A stretch of 64,000 nt of DNA from a phage, in the sequence record NC_104726.1. One strand, given 5' to 3'. The notes beneath the pieces were generated by a model, which did no database searches, had not been told where the DNA came from, and worked only from the letters and a program-made list of their open reading frames with translations. Shown here one piece after another: positions 1 through 9,166 of this stretch; positions within the stretch are counted from its first letter, which is position 1, and every line of letters starts with the position of its first letter. The position numbers were made by a program, and so were the translations under genes.

Positions 1-5
1 TGGTT

Positions 6-410
6 ATGGAAGGGCTTTCCTTTGGATCACGCGGGGATGCCACACGTGAACTGGCTGGGTTGTTTTACGGTCTTGAAGTTATGCTTTGGGATGCTTTGGC
101 TGATTGTGAAAATGACGGCCTGTTTAAGGTCCACACAGTGACACCAACAACTGCCAAAAAGTTTGCTCGTAGTCATCTTCCTGAGGAACTTGCTTTTGAG
201 GAGAAGAAAAAGCTTGACAAAAAGACAGGTAAAGAGCATACTGTGAAGAAACCTGTTACGATGGATAAAAAGTTGATGGTTAAGGCCTGCGAAGTATCTG
301 AACCAGGGTTCCTAGATGGGATCAATTTGGTACAAGGTAAGGCCGATCTCGCAGATGCTTATTGGATAGGCAGGGCGCATCTGGAGGGATTATCGCAAAG
401 CGTAAAATAA
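6..410 (+). CDS. hypothetical protein, possibly 5'-truncated at window edge
   Basis: Track ORF; frame open to the window start; no recognisable motif. Confidence 0.3.
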   Translation: MEGLSFGSRGDATRELAGLFYGLEVMLWDALADCENDGLFKVHTVTPTTAKKFARSHLPEELAFEEKKKLDKKTGKEHTVKKPVTMDKKLMVKACEVSEPGFLDGINLVQGKADLADAYWIGRAHLEGLSQSVK

Positions 411-967
411 GAAAGAAAGCTGTCAAAGCCCCAGTTCATAACGGGTGGTTAAAAGATTCTAAGGACATAGCCAACTTTCGAAAAGAATTGTCAGAGGAGC
501 AAGATGGTCTTGATCCGATCTTGTGCGAGCCACTTCGTAAGCCTTGTCTAGATCATGATCATCTGACTGGTCGTTGCAGGGGTGTTTTGTCTCAGTGCAC
601 TAATACCTTTGAGGGGTATGTGCTTAAATACTGGATGAAATACTGTAACGAGTATACAGATTGCAGTTTATCAGAGGCGTTGCGCCGGATGGCTGACTAT
701 CTGGAGAAAGACTACAGCGACTTCCCGCTCCACAAAAACTACAGAGATGATATGACAAAGTTCTTGAGGAGATGCTCTAAAGCTACGATCATTGCACGAG
801 CAGAATCAGATCTCAATCTTGTCATTAATCCAGAGTGCACCAAGCATGAGGCTATTGAGTTCTACATGCAGGAGTTTATAAAGAAAACTGAGGAGAGAGA
901 TTTCTATGGGGATGAAAAAGGTATTCAATCCTTGCGATTCAGTTCTGATCAGGATGAAATACCGTAA
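362..967 (+). CDS. endonuclease VII-like Holliday-junction resolvase (T4 gp49-like)
   Basis: Motif ...PCLDHDHLTGRCRGVLSQCTNTFEG... resembles the T4 endo VII metal-binding core; no in-frame ATG, TTG at 362; start uncertain, overlaps upstream ORF. Confidence 0.5.
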   Translation: MDRQGASGGIIAKRKIRKKAVKAPVHNGWLKDSKDIANFRKELSEEQDGLDPILCEPLRKPCLDHDHLTGRCRGVLSQCTNTFEGYVLKYWMKYCNEYTDCSLSEALRRMADYLEKDYSDFPLHKNYRDDMTKFLRRCSKATIIARAESDLNLVINPECTKHEAIEFYMQEFIKKTEERDFYGDEKGIQSLRFSSDQDEIP

Positions 968-1127
968 CTGGAAAGGTGTTGTTGCAGATCGCTGCGTTAC
1001 TGAGCCTAATTTATGGTTTGGCTCTACAGAATATCATAAAGAAGAGCAGTGGTTGATGCATGCCTTCGATGTAGACAAGGGCGAATATCGTGACTTCGCT
1101 TTAAAAGACATTCTTCAGTTTTACTAA
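906..1127 (+). CDS. hypothetical small protein
   Basis: Track ORF overlapping the end of the preceding gene; no motif. Confidence 0.2.
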   Translation: MGMKKVFNPCDSVLIRMKYRNWKGVVADRCVTEPNLWFGSTEYHKEEQWLMHAFDVDKGEYRDFALKDILQFY

Positions 1128-1133
1128 GGAATC

Positions 1134-2123
1134 TTGACGATGATGACAAAGTTAACTCTTGAGCAAATTTTAACACTAAAGCAACAGGGATACACTAATA
1201 GACAAATTGCTCGTGAATTTTTAGGCCGTGAGTCACGTGAGAGCTGGATCCGACTACAGCTTAAACGTGCACAAGAGAATATGTCAGAGATTGTAGGAGA
1301 AGCAACGGAGCGCTTCCTTGAAGAGCACAAAGGCGCTAAAGTTTGGGTGTATGATACAGAGACATCCCCAACAAACGGCTGGTTCTTTGGGCACTATAAG
1401 ACCAACATTCAAACCTGTGGTATTGAAGTTATGCCTTATATGCTAACTTTCGCAGGTAAGTGGTTAGACAGTCCTAGTGTGGTTGACTGCGCTCTTCCCG
1501 ATTACAAAATGTGGGATGAGGATATTCACAATGACCTCGAATTGATTCAGGACTTGTGGTATTATCTGGATAAATGTGATGTCGCAGTAGCCCACAATTC
1601 AGGTTTTGACTGTGGGTGGGCAAACCAACGATTTGCATTTCACGGGTTGCCTCCAACAAGCCCATACAAAGAGGTTGACACCCTTAAAATGATCAAGAAG
1701 GCATTCCGTTTGAATGCAAACACTTTGGAGTATGCATGCAAATACTTCCAACTTGCCAGACAGAAACTGATTGACCACACATTTGAAATGTGGATCAAGT
1801 GTGTTCATGGTGATCTTGAGGCGTTTAAACAGATGCGGGAGTACAATGTTGGTGATATCCTATCTCTGGAAGGCCTGTATTTGCTGGCACGCCCGTTTGC
1901 TAAGCAGCACCCCAACATGTCATTGTACTACCAGGATGAGGAGCCAAAAGTTCGTTGCCCACGCTGCGGTGGAGAACACCTTCACGAGGAAGAAGCTTTG
2001 GCGTATACTCAACTGAGTGCATTTAAAACATATCGCTGCGAAGGTTGTGGATCTGTTGTTCGTGACCGTAACAACATCCGTACCAGAGAAGAAATGAAAA
2101 ACACCCTGATTCAGATAATCTAA
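1134..2123 (+). CDS. HTH plus DnaQ/PolB-exo-like 3'-5' exonuclease with C-terminal zinc ribbon
   Basis: Exo motifs VYDTETSP, VAHNSGFD, YNVGDI; C-terminal CPRCGG...CEGCGS; AAGGA RBS 8 nt upstream of ATG. Confidence 0.6.
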   Translation: MTMMTKLTLEQILTLKQQGYTNRQIAREFLGRESRESWIRLQLKRAQENMSEIVGEATERFLEEHKGAKVWVYDTETSPTNGWFFGHYKTNIQTCGIEVMPYMLTFAGKWLDSPSVVDCALPDYKMWDEDIHNDLELIQDLWYYLDKCDVAVAHNSGFDCGWANQRFAFHGLPPTSPYKEVDTLKMIKKAFRLNANTLEYACKYFQLARQKLIDHTFEMWIKCVHGDLEAFKQMREYNVGDILSLEGLYLLARPFAKQHPNMSLYYQDEEPKVRCPRCGGEHLHEEEALAYTQLSAFKTYRCEGCGSVVRDRNNIRTREEMKNTLIQII

Positions 2124-2133
2124 TCAAGTATAG

Positions 2134-2160
2134 GGAGGCTTGCGCCTCCCTTTTCCTTTT
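2134..2160 (+). terminator. rho-independent terminator
   Basis: GGGAGGC..GCCTCCC hairpin followed by TTTTCCTTTT directly after the stop at 2123. Confidence 0.5.
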
Positions 2161-2169
2161 GGAGGCACT

Positions 2170-2988
2170 TTGAGCAAGAAAGAGTCCAACGACAAATATT
2201 ACACAAACCCTGAGTATGCAGAATATCTTGTTGGTAAAGTAAAAGATAAGTATGGAAATTGTGCATACGTTGAGCCTTCTGCTGGAAGGGGTTCTTTTTC
2301 AAAACTATTTTCAGAGATACTGTCTTACGATCTAGTACCAGATCCTGAATTTGAAGGACCAACACCGTGCATTCAGGCAAACTTCTTGGAGGTGCATCCC
2401 AAGGCAGATGTCTTCATAGGTAACCCACCATTTGGCAAGAATTCATCTTTAGCTTGCAAATTCTTTAACCATTGTGCATCATTGCTAGAGCTTGGAGGGG
2501 CTATAGCCTTCATCTTGCCACGGACATTTGAAAAAATATTTTTTGCAAACAAACTGGACATGTCGATGCACCTTGTCTACAGTGAAAGGTGCCCTAAGAA
2601 CTCGTTTCTACTTAATGGCAAACCTTATGACGTGCCGTGTGTTTTCCAAATTTGGGAGAAAAAGGCGTGCAACAGGGATCCTGTAGAGATTGGGGAGAAT
2701 AAGTTATTTTCTTTTAGCACTCCAGATGACTACGACTTCTGTGTAAGACGTGTTGGGTATAATGCTGGAAAAGTATTGGGGGAGGATGACCCAAAATCTG
2801 AAGAATCTACATATTTCATAAAATCTTTAGTTGACGGTGTTGACAGAGTGTTTGCTGAATGCTATTCTTCTTTTCAAGAAGAAGCAGGTAAGACTGCTGG
2901 AATGAAGAGTATAGGCAAGAAAGAACTACAATACATTTTGGAGACCCGGTATGATCAAAAGCATAGACTTGACCAAAGAACTTACTGA
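2170..2988 (+). CDS. DNA N6-adenine (amino) methyltransferase
   Basis: Motifs YYTNPEYA, EPSAGRGSF (SAM binding), GNPPF (catalytic); no ATG before motif I, TTG start 4 nt after GGAGG. Confidence 0.6.
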   Translation: MSKKESNDKYYTNPEYAEYLVGKVKDKYGNCAYVEPSAGRGSFSKLFSEILSYDLVPDPEFEGPTPCIQANFLEVHPKADVFIGNPPFGKNSSLACKFFNHCASLLELGGAIAFILPRTFEKIFFANKLDMSMHLVYSERCPKNSFLLNGKPYDVPCVFQIWEKKACNRDPVEIGENKLFSFSTPDDYDFCVRRVGYNAGKVLGEDDPKSEESTYFIKSLVDGVDRVFAECYSSFQEEAGKTAGMKSIGKKELQYILETRYDQKHRLDQRTY

Positions 2989-3409
2989 TGCAAAAGCTTT
3001 TGGTGAGACAGCGGTACAAAGAGGCCAGGCTATGGGACTGGCACTACCTTTCGTCTTAAAAGAGCACTTTACAGATTTTCAACTTATCAAGGGTGATAAG
3101 GGAATTCTTATCCTGGAGCATAAGTTGAGTAAGAAACGCTATAAAGTTGTTTTTAATTCTAAAGCTCCAACAAAACTGGGATTCAGAACTTACAATCTTA
3201 ACCCATCCTACACTAAGGGTGTAGGAAGAGTAGAACAACAGCATTTCAGTGCCAGAGCTTCTTTAGCCCCTTTGATGCTAAATTTTTCAGGGGTGGCTTT
3301 AGGATACCTTGACAAGAAAAGAGTTCTTCATGTCCGTTTCACAGACTTTGTAACGCTTTTAGCTAACAATGAGGTAGATGAAAAGGGACGTGTAAAAACA
3401 AACTTCTAA
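2951..3409 (+). CDS. hypothetical protein
   Basis: Track ORF, co-oriented; no motif. Confidence 0.35.
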   Translation: MIKSIDLTKELTDAKAFGETAVQRGQAMGLALPFVLKEHFTDFQLIKGDKGILILEHKLSKKRYKVVFNSKAPTKLGFRTYNLNPSYTKGVGRVEQQHFSARASLAPLMLNFSGVALGYLDKKRVLHVRFTDFVTLLANNEVDEKGRVKTNF

Positions 3410-3436
3410 TAACGCATAGTATGATTGGAGACAGCA

Positions 3437-3628
3437 ATGACACTAAAGTTAACAGTTCCAGACAGCTTTTCAGAAAACTTTATCCCAGAAATGATGGATA
3501 AGATGCGATCATTGCTTGATCAGATTGAAGAGGCTGTTTGGGAAGACGATGCTGTAGTGGCTAACGAGCTGGTAGATAAGTGTAAAAGTATTATTGATGC
3601 AGTTGAAGAATACCACGGAGGTTTTTGA
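3437..3628 (+). CDS. hypothetical small acidic protein
   Basis: ATG at 3437 preceded by GGAGA; in frame with track ORF 3425..3628. Confidence 0.35.
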   Translation: MTLKLTVPDSFSENFIPEMMDKMRSLLDQIEEAVWEDDAVVANELVDKCKSIIDAVEEYHGGF

Positions 3629-4242
3629 TGGATATTATTGTTCTTAACGCCCCACCTAGTAGTGGTAAGGATCACATTGCAGATCTCTTGTTGGAAGCTA
3701 TTCCTAACTCACACCATCATGAGGTTAAGGAGATGCTCTTCAGCGTGGCAATTAAGGCAGCTGGTGTAACTCCTCAACTCTGGAATGCACTTTATGACCG
3801 CCACTACAAAGAAGAGCCTTGCCCTTTCTTAATGATAGACGGTAAGCATGTTTCTCCGCGAGAGTGGATGATCCATTGTAGTGAAAATCTGATTAAACCT
3901 ATCTTTGGTGAAGATGCTTTCGGTAAGGCCGCAGTCACATCCTTGAAGAAAGATTTCCCTAAAGGTAAAGGGGTTGTTGTTTACTCCGATGGTGGATTCA
4001 AAGAGGAGCTGGCATGCCTTAGTGAGTACGCATACAGCACAGGTGGAGATCTGTTGTTGTTCCGTATTCACCGTGTCGGATATGACTGGGGAAATGATTC
4101 CAGAACCTATCTAAGTCTGGAAAAGAACGGAATAAAAGGGATTGAGTTCGATGTTGTAAACCCTGAAGGTGCACCTTGGGAGTGTGCATCGGAGATTGTG
4201 TGCAAGTATATTGATGCTAAAGAGGCCCAAGAAGAATGTTAA
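3625..4242 (+). CDS. P-loop dNMP kinase-like protein
   Basis: N-terminal IIVLNAPPSSGKDHIADLL resembles the T4 gp1 dNMP kinase P-loop; GGAGG RBS. Confidence 0.5.
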   Translation: MMDIIVLNAPPSSGKDHIADLLLEAIPNSHHHEVKEMLFSVAIKAAGVTPQLWNALYDRHYKEEPCPFLMIDGKHVSPREWMIHCSENLIKPIFGEDAFGKAAVTSLKKDFPKGKGVVVYSDGGFKEELACLSEYAYSTGGDLLLFRIHRVGYDWGNDSRTYLSLEKNGIKGIEFDVVNPEGAPWECASEIVCKYIDAKEAQEEC

Positions 4243-4829
4243 TCGGAATTGATGTAGATTTGACACTGGTAGATTCAGGAACAGCATGGTGGGAGTGGTT
4301 GGAGCGTTTGTATGGTCCAGCCAGTAAGACAGTCGCTAAACCTTCTAATGGACTGATGTATTACGATCTGTCAAAGTATTGGCCTGATCGCCCCAAAGAA
4401 AACATCATAGGGCCTTTTGATTTCTGGAGTGACCCATTCCTCTACGACTTTCTTAAGCCTGAAGAGGGGGCTATTGAGGTTATGAAAGATTTGGTGGCTC
4501 GTGGTCACAAGCTTGCATTTATCTCGGTATGCAAGAAAGGTCACCTTGCATCTAAATCAAGGTTCTTAAAGCGTTGGACCAGTGATTTTATGGATCTGGA
4601 CGATCACACCCAGGGTCACGGCTTCTACGCCACACATTTCAAAGGAAATGTGGCTGTAGATGTTATAATTGACGACAGGCATGAATACCTCAACCAATTC
4701 GCTTCACGACCTGAAGTTATTAAAATCCTAAAAGATACGCCTTATGAGCAATTCGAGGAGTTAAAGGTCAGTATTGACTATACCGCCAATAGCTGGTATA
4801 AAATAGGAAAGTTTTTAGAAGGTATTTGA
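4236..4829 (+). CDS. HAD-superfamily 5'(3')-deoxyribonucleotidase-like protein
   Basis: HAD motif I IGIDVDLTLVD at N-terminus and DVIIDDRHEY near C-terminus; start overlaps upstream stop. Confidence 0.5.
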   Translation: MLIGIDVDLTLVDSGTAWWEWLERLYGPASKTVAKPSNGLMYYDLSKYWPDRPKENIIGPFDFWSDPFLYDFLKPEEGAIEVMKDLVARGHKLAFISVCKKGHLASKSRFLKRWTSDFMDLDDHTQGHGFYATHFKGNVAVDVIIDDRHEYLNQFASRPEVIKILKDTPYEQFEELKVSIDYTANSWYKIGKFLEGI

Positions 4830-4830
4830 A

Positions 4831-5031
4831 ATGGGCAGATGTTCTAAAGGTGGCGATCCTGTAGTCAGATACGGAGACTGGCTAGAGGTATATAATCTGG
4901 AGGGAAAGCTAGTGTATGCTTCCAGGATCACCCAGGATATGTGCTCTGATATGTTTAACAGGTACCTTGCATTTAAGGCCAACATAAACCCAGACGAAAT
5001 TTCCAAAATTAAAACAAGGAGAGCTAAATAA
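4831..5031 (+). CDS. hypothetical small protein
   Basis: Track ORF, co-oriented. Confidence 0.3.
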   Translation: MGRCSKGGDPVVRYGDWLEVYNLEGKLVYASRITQDMCSDMFNRYLAFKANINPDEISKIKTRRAK

Positions 5032-6014
5032 TGCTAAAACTGTGCACTGCAAAGATTATTGCTGACAGCATTTCCGAGAAAGGTAAGCGTATAACCACTT
5101 TTGAGCTAGAGTATCCTAGAATCATTCACTCTGAACTCATGACACACCGAGTTTTCAGCAGAAACGCCATGTCCTCTCGTGCAGTACCTGTTAACAAAAT
5201 GCTGCAGCAGGTTGTGGAAAATCCTGCAATGCCAGTTCGTTTTGGTGTAAACCAGCGAGGTATGGAGGATGGTGGCGATCACGATCAGAAGATCCGTGTA
5301 GAGTATACTGATCTTGAGTTCTCTCCTGAAGAGTTCTGGAAAGAAGCTGCCAAAAATGCAGCCTGGCATGCAGAGAAGTTCGCACTTGCTGGTTACCATA
5401 AGCAAGTGTGTAACCGCTTAGTGGAGCCTTTTCAACGCATGAAAACAGTTGTAACAAGCACAGAGTGGAATAATTTTTTCCATCTCCGTTGCTGGCACGA
5501 TGCGGATCCTACGATTCAGATGTTGGCTAATTGTATGTGGGAAGCTCTTGTGAATAGCACTCCTGAAATCCTTAAACCAGGGCAATGGCACACTCCATAT
5601 GTAGAGCACGTTTATTTGGACGGAGAGTTTAACTACGCTGTACTTGACACAGAAGGAAAGCTCTGCATTCTCGATACTAAAGAAGCTCTGTCTATCAGTG
5701 CTAGTTGCTGTGCACAAGTATCTTATCGAAATATTGACAGCACGTTTGAAAAGGCAGACAGTGTGGCTAAAAAATTGATTGGTGGGGATCGTATCCATGC
5801 AAGCCCTTACGAGCACCAGGCAACACCTATGGATCACGATAACGCAATGGAACGTTTAAACTACTACCTGTCTTCATGTGAAATCACACAAGACAGCTGT
5901 GTTTGGCAGGAAGGTGTAACCCATCAAGACCGTGATGGTAAATTCTGGTCTGCCAACTTTTGTGGGTGGGTTCAGCACAGACAACTGCTTAATAACCACT
6001 TCGTGAAATGTTAA
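5031..6014 (+). CDS. ThyX-like (flavin-dependent thymidylate synthase family) protein, divergent
   Basis: THRVFSRNAMSS fits the HR-x7-S part of the ThyX RHR-x7-S signature (first R is T); AAGGAG RBS; sits among nucleotide-metabolism genes. Confidence 0.4.
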   Translation: MLKLCTAKIIADSISEKGKRITTFELEYPRIIHSELMTHRVFSRNAMSSRAVPVNKMLQQVVENPAMPVRFGVNQRGMEDGGDHDQKIRVEYTDLEFSPEEFWKEAAKNAAWHAEKFALAGYHKQVCNRLVEPFQRMKTVVTSTEWNNFFHLRCWHDADPTIQMLANCMWEALVNSTPEILKPGQWHTPYVEHVYLDGEFNYAVLDTEGKLCILDTKEALSISASCCAQVSYRNIDSTFEKADSVAKKLIGGDRIHASPYEHQATPMDHDNAMERLNYYLSSCEITQDSCVWQEGVTHQDRDGKFWSANFCGWVQHRQLLNNHFVKC

Positions 6015-6043
6015 TCCTATCACAGCGATAGGTAACTTTTGTG

Positions 6044-6072
6044 TTGACTAATAGTATCAGATAATCTATAAT
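6044..6072 (+). promoter_or_regulatory. sigma70-like promoter (TTGACT-17-TATAAT)
   Basis: -35 at 6044-6049, -10 at 6067-6072. Confidence 0.55.
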
Positions 6073-6100
6073 AATGGCTCACTTTGTTGGTGAGCCAGAA

Positions 6101-6574
6101 ATGGAGACAGATATGAGTAATGTTATGATTCCTAAAAAGACATTTATTTCAGTTACTTTAGATTTCCTAGCTACCGTCCCTGGGTTTAACGTTCGCACAC
6201 GAAACGGTCTCCGAGCTGCACTCTTTGCCGTAGGGTTTGATTTAAAAAGTATTGATGTTCTTCGTGGAAAAAACGTTCGATGCAAAAATAAGCCAACACA
6301 TTATCGAAAGGCAGATGTATTTGCTGGTGTTATGCGTGCAGACTTTAGATACCCGCAAATGTATAACGGTGTAGATATTTTAGATGTGGATAAAGCACCT
6401 GGTGAGGCAATGCTTGTTCAAGATCTCCCGTATGATATCCCAGTAGAGGATCGTGTTAATGTAAGAAAGTATACAAAACAATCTGAAAAGGCTGAAGATA
6501 TTCATATTGTTGATGAACCTTTCAATTTTGAAGATCTGCATCGCCTGGAAAAATTATTCGGTATTGAAAGCTAA
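6101..6574 (+). CDS. hypothetical protein
   Basis: Track ORF 6074..6574; the ATG at 6074 lies within 2 nt of the -10, so a downstream ATG (6101 or 6113) is the likelier start. Confidence 0.35.
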   Translation: METDMSNVMIPKKTFISVTLDFLATVPGFNVRTRNGLRAALFAVGFDLKSIDVLRGKNVRCKNKPTHYRKADVFAGVMRADFRYPQMYNGVDILDVDKAPGEAMLVQDLPYDIPVEDRVNVRKYTKQSEKAEDIHIVDEPFNFEDLHRLEKLFGIES

Positions 6575-6584
6575 GGTGGTGAAG

Positions 6585-6815
6585 ATGAGTCATAACTCCA
6601 AGTGGAAGGATCTTGGTTTTGCAAGTCGGGCAGAATATGTTGGTTGGCTTTGGTTCAACGGCCTGACAAACGATATTAAAATGTATGATGATGTTTATTA
6701 TGACGAGTATACAGGCAAAATTATAAATATCTCTGTAGAAGAGGATACCTTTATCCAGCAAGATACTGATACCTGCCTTGATAAATACGTTAATGAAGTG
6801 GAGGAAGCAAATTGA
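6585..6815 (+). CDS. hypothetical small protein
   Basis: ATG at 6585 after AAGGTGG; in frame with track ORF 6507..6815. Confidence 0.35.
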   Translation: MSHNSKWKDLGFASRAEYVGWLWFNGLTNDIKMYDDVYYDEYTGKIINISVEEDTFIQQDTDTCLDKYVNEVEEAN

Positions 6816-9127
6816 TCACCAAGGTAATTAAAAGCAACGGATGTGAAGTGGCATTCGATCCAGAACGTTTAAATAAGGCAGCTATTTTCGGTGACGACGG
6901 TAACGGCAATTGGTCACATATTGCACTGGATGCATACAAACGACTGTATGATGGATGCACAACCAAAGAAGTTAACCAAGCTATTATAGACTCCTGTGTT
7001 AGCCGTAAAGACGAAGCACATTCCCGTATGGCTGGTCGTGTTCTTATTGGTCAGATTTATAAAGAGGCTTTTGGAGGGTTTACAAAGATCCCTTCCTTAC
7101 CATCATTTTACAACGACATGGTTGAGAAAGGGTATTGGGAGGATATGGGTTATAGCTTTACCGAGTTAAACACTTTAGGCACTGTTATTGATCACAGTAA
7201 AGATCTCGGTTATGGCTATGCAGTCCTTAAACAGTTTCGCGACAAATACGGGATCAAGGATACTCTTAAAGACACCTTGTTTGAATCTCCTCAGATGATG
7301 TTTATGGGGATAGCAATGGCTGTCATGAAGAATATGCCGAAAGAACGTCGTATCAACGATGTTGTAAAATTATACACTTATCTGTCCGACTTAAAGATCA
7401 ATGCCCCGACACCGTACTTAAACGGTCTGCGCACAGGTAAGACAGGGTATGCATCTTGTTGTGTAATAAAAGCTGACGATACAGCAAAATCTATTGGTGT
7501 GGCACGTGAAGTTGCGTACACAATGACGGTTAACCAAGCAGGTATCGGCTACTACTTATCCTCAAGATCTGCAGGCGATGGTGTTCGTGGTAACACTATT
7601 AAACATATGGGTAAGATTCCATATTATCGAGGTATTGATGCTGGGGTTAAGGAGAACAGACAACAATCACGTGGTGGTTCTGCAACAGTATCATTCCTTG
7701 CACTGGACCCGCAGATTGATGAGCTAATCCGTTTGAGAAACCCTATGACTGTTGCTTCAAAAAGAATCAACACCATGGACTACTCCATCGGTATTAATAG
7801 GTCGTTTATCAACCGTGTGGCTAAGAATTTGGATTGGATGCTTGTTTCTTATAAGCACGCGCCTCAACTGCATGAGGGTATCTTCACCATGTCTATGGAG
7901 GAGTTTGATGCAGAGGTTGATCGTATCGCTAAAGATGACAGTATTCCTAAAACATGGATCCGAGCTAGAGATCTTGCTGTTGAGCTGATCACGCAGCGTA
8001 CCGAGGTGGGAAGACTGTACGTATACTGGACAGATGAGATGAATAGACATACACCTTTTAAAGATGTGATCTATTCAAGTAACCTGTGTGCAGAAATAGC
8101 TCTCCCGACAAAAGGCTATTCAGATATGCGTAATATCTTCAAGCACGATGTTGATGATGGCGAAGTTGCATTGTGCTTCCTGTCATCTCTTGTAGCTGGG
8201 AGGGTTACCCCAGAGGAGTATGAGGATGTTGCATACTACACGGTGCTTATGATTGACAATGTTATGGAAATCATGACATATCCGTATGAAAATATGGAGA
8301 GCACTGTTAAAAAACGCAGATCCATCGGGGTTGGCCTTACCAATGTTGCACATTTTATTGCCAGCCACAAGGTTACTTACGGATCTCCTGAAAGTAAACA
8401 GCTTGTTCACGATCTTGCAGAACTTCACAGCTACAGCTTGCATAAGGCAAGTTTACGGTTGGCAAAAGAGCGTGGTGTCTGCGAGTGGATGCATAAGACA
8501 AAATATCCAGAAGGTTGGTTACCAATCGACACCTATAACAAAGAGGTCGATAGCGTGGTGAAAGATCCTTCTCTTAAACAGGATTGGGAAGGGTTACGTA
8601 AAGAGATCATTGAAAATGGTGGGCTACGTAATAGCGTTCTTGAAGCATATATGCCTAATGAAAGCTCTTCGCTGGCAACAAACACCACTAACGGGGTTTA
8701 TCCTGTCCGTGAGCACATTATCTTTAAAAAGTCGCCACAAGGGCAGGTGCTGTTTATCGTTCCTGACTATGATGAGTTGAAAGAGTATTACACTTCGGCT
8801 TGGGATGTTGATACTAACGACATGATCGATATGTATGCTGTGATTCAAAAATTCACAGGTCAGGCAATCAGCGCGGATTTGTACATAGACTACACCAAGT
8901 TGAAAGATGGTAAAATTTCAATGAAGGAGCAGCTAGGGTACCTTATCCGTGCCACTAAATTCGGAATGAAGACATGGTATTATTTAAACTCTAGGGTTGG
9001 TGCTGGCGACTCCTTGGCAGAGGAACTTCATGCCAAGAAACAGGCTGAAGATGAAACCAGAAAGAACTATCCTTTGAATGCAGATAGTTCAGTTGAAGAT
9101 CAGTATTGCGAAAGTTGTGCACTATAA
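6812..9127 (+). CDS. nrdA: class Ia ribonucleotide reductase alpha subunit
   Basis: N-terminal ATP-cone-like VIKSNGCEVAFDPERL, active-site NLCAEIALPT, C-terminal Cys pair CESC; 771 aa; TTG start after GGAGGAAG. Confidence 0.9.
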   Translation: MITKVIKSNGCEVAFDPERLNKAAIFGDDGNGNWSHIALDAYKRLYDGCTTKEVNQAIIDSCVSRKDEAHSRMAGRVLIGQIYKEAFGGFTKIPSLPSFYNDMVEKGYWEDMGYSFTELNTLGTVIDHSKDLGYGYAVLKQFRDKYGIKDTLKDTLFESPQMMFMGIAMAVMKNMPKERRINDVVKLYTYLSDLKINAPTPYLNGLRTGKTGYASCCVIKADDTAKSIGVAREVAYTMTVNQAGIGYYLSSRSAGDGVRGNTIKHMGKIPYYRGIDAGVKENRQQSRGGSATVSFLALDPQIDELIRLRNPMTVASKRINTMDYSIGINRSFINRVAKNLDWMLVSYKHAPQLHEGIFTMSMEEFDAEVDRIAKDDSIPKTWIRARDLAVELITQRTEVGRLYVYWTDEMNRHTPFKDVIYSSNLCAEIALPTKGYSDMRNIFKHDVDDGEVALCFLSSLVAGRVTPEEYEDVAYYTVLMIDNVMEIMTYPYENMESTVKKRRSIGVGLTNVAHFIASHKVTYGSPESKQLVHDLAELHSYSLHKASLRLAKERGVCEWMHKTKYPEGWLPIDTYNKEVDSVVKDPSLKQDWEGLRKEIIENGGLRNSVLEAYMPNESSSLATNTTNGVYPVREHIIFKKSPQGQVLFIVPDYDELKEYYTSAWDVDTNDMIDMYAVIQKFTGQAISADLYIDYTKLKDGKISMKEQLGYLIRATKFGMKTWYYLNSRVGAGDSLAEELHAKKQAEDETRKNYPLNADSSVEDQYCESCAL

Positions 9128-9134
9128 TTTTAAA

Positions 9135-9155
9135 GGGGCTTCGGCCCCATTTTAG
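9135..9155 (+). terminator. terminator-like hairpin
   Basis: GGGGC-TTCG-GCCCC followed by ATTTT between nrdA and nrdB. Confidence 0.4.
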
Positions 9156-9166
9156 AGGTTAGAATA

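Noticed and set aside
7752-8050. Short ORFs on both strands inside nrdA
   Set aside because: Embedded in the conserved nrdA frame; chance ORFs.
6812-9127. Intein or intron in nrdA
   Set aside because: The frame is continuous at a length typical of class Ia alpha subunits with motifs in order.
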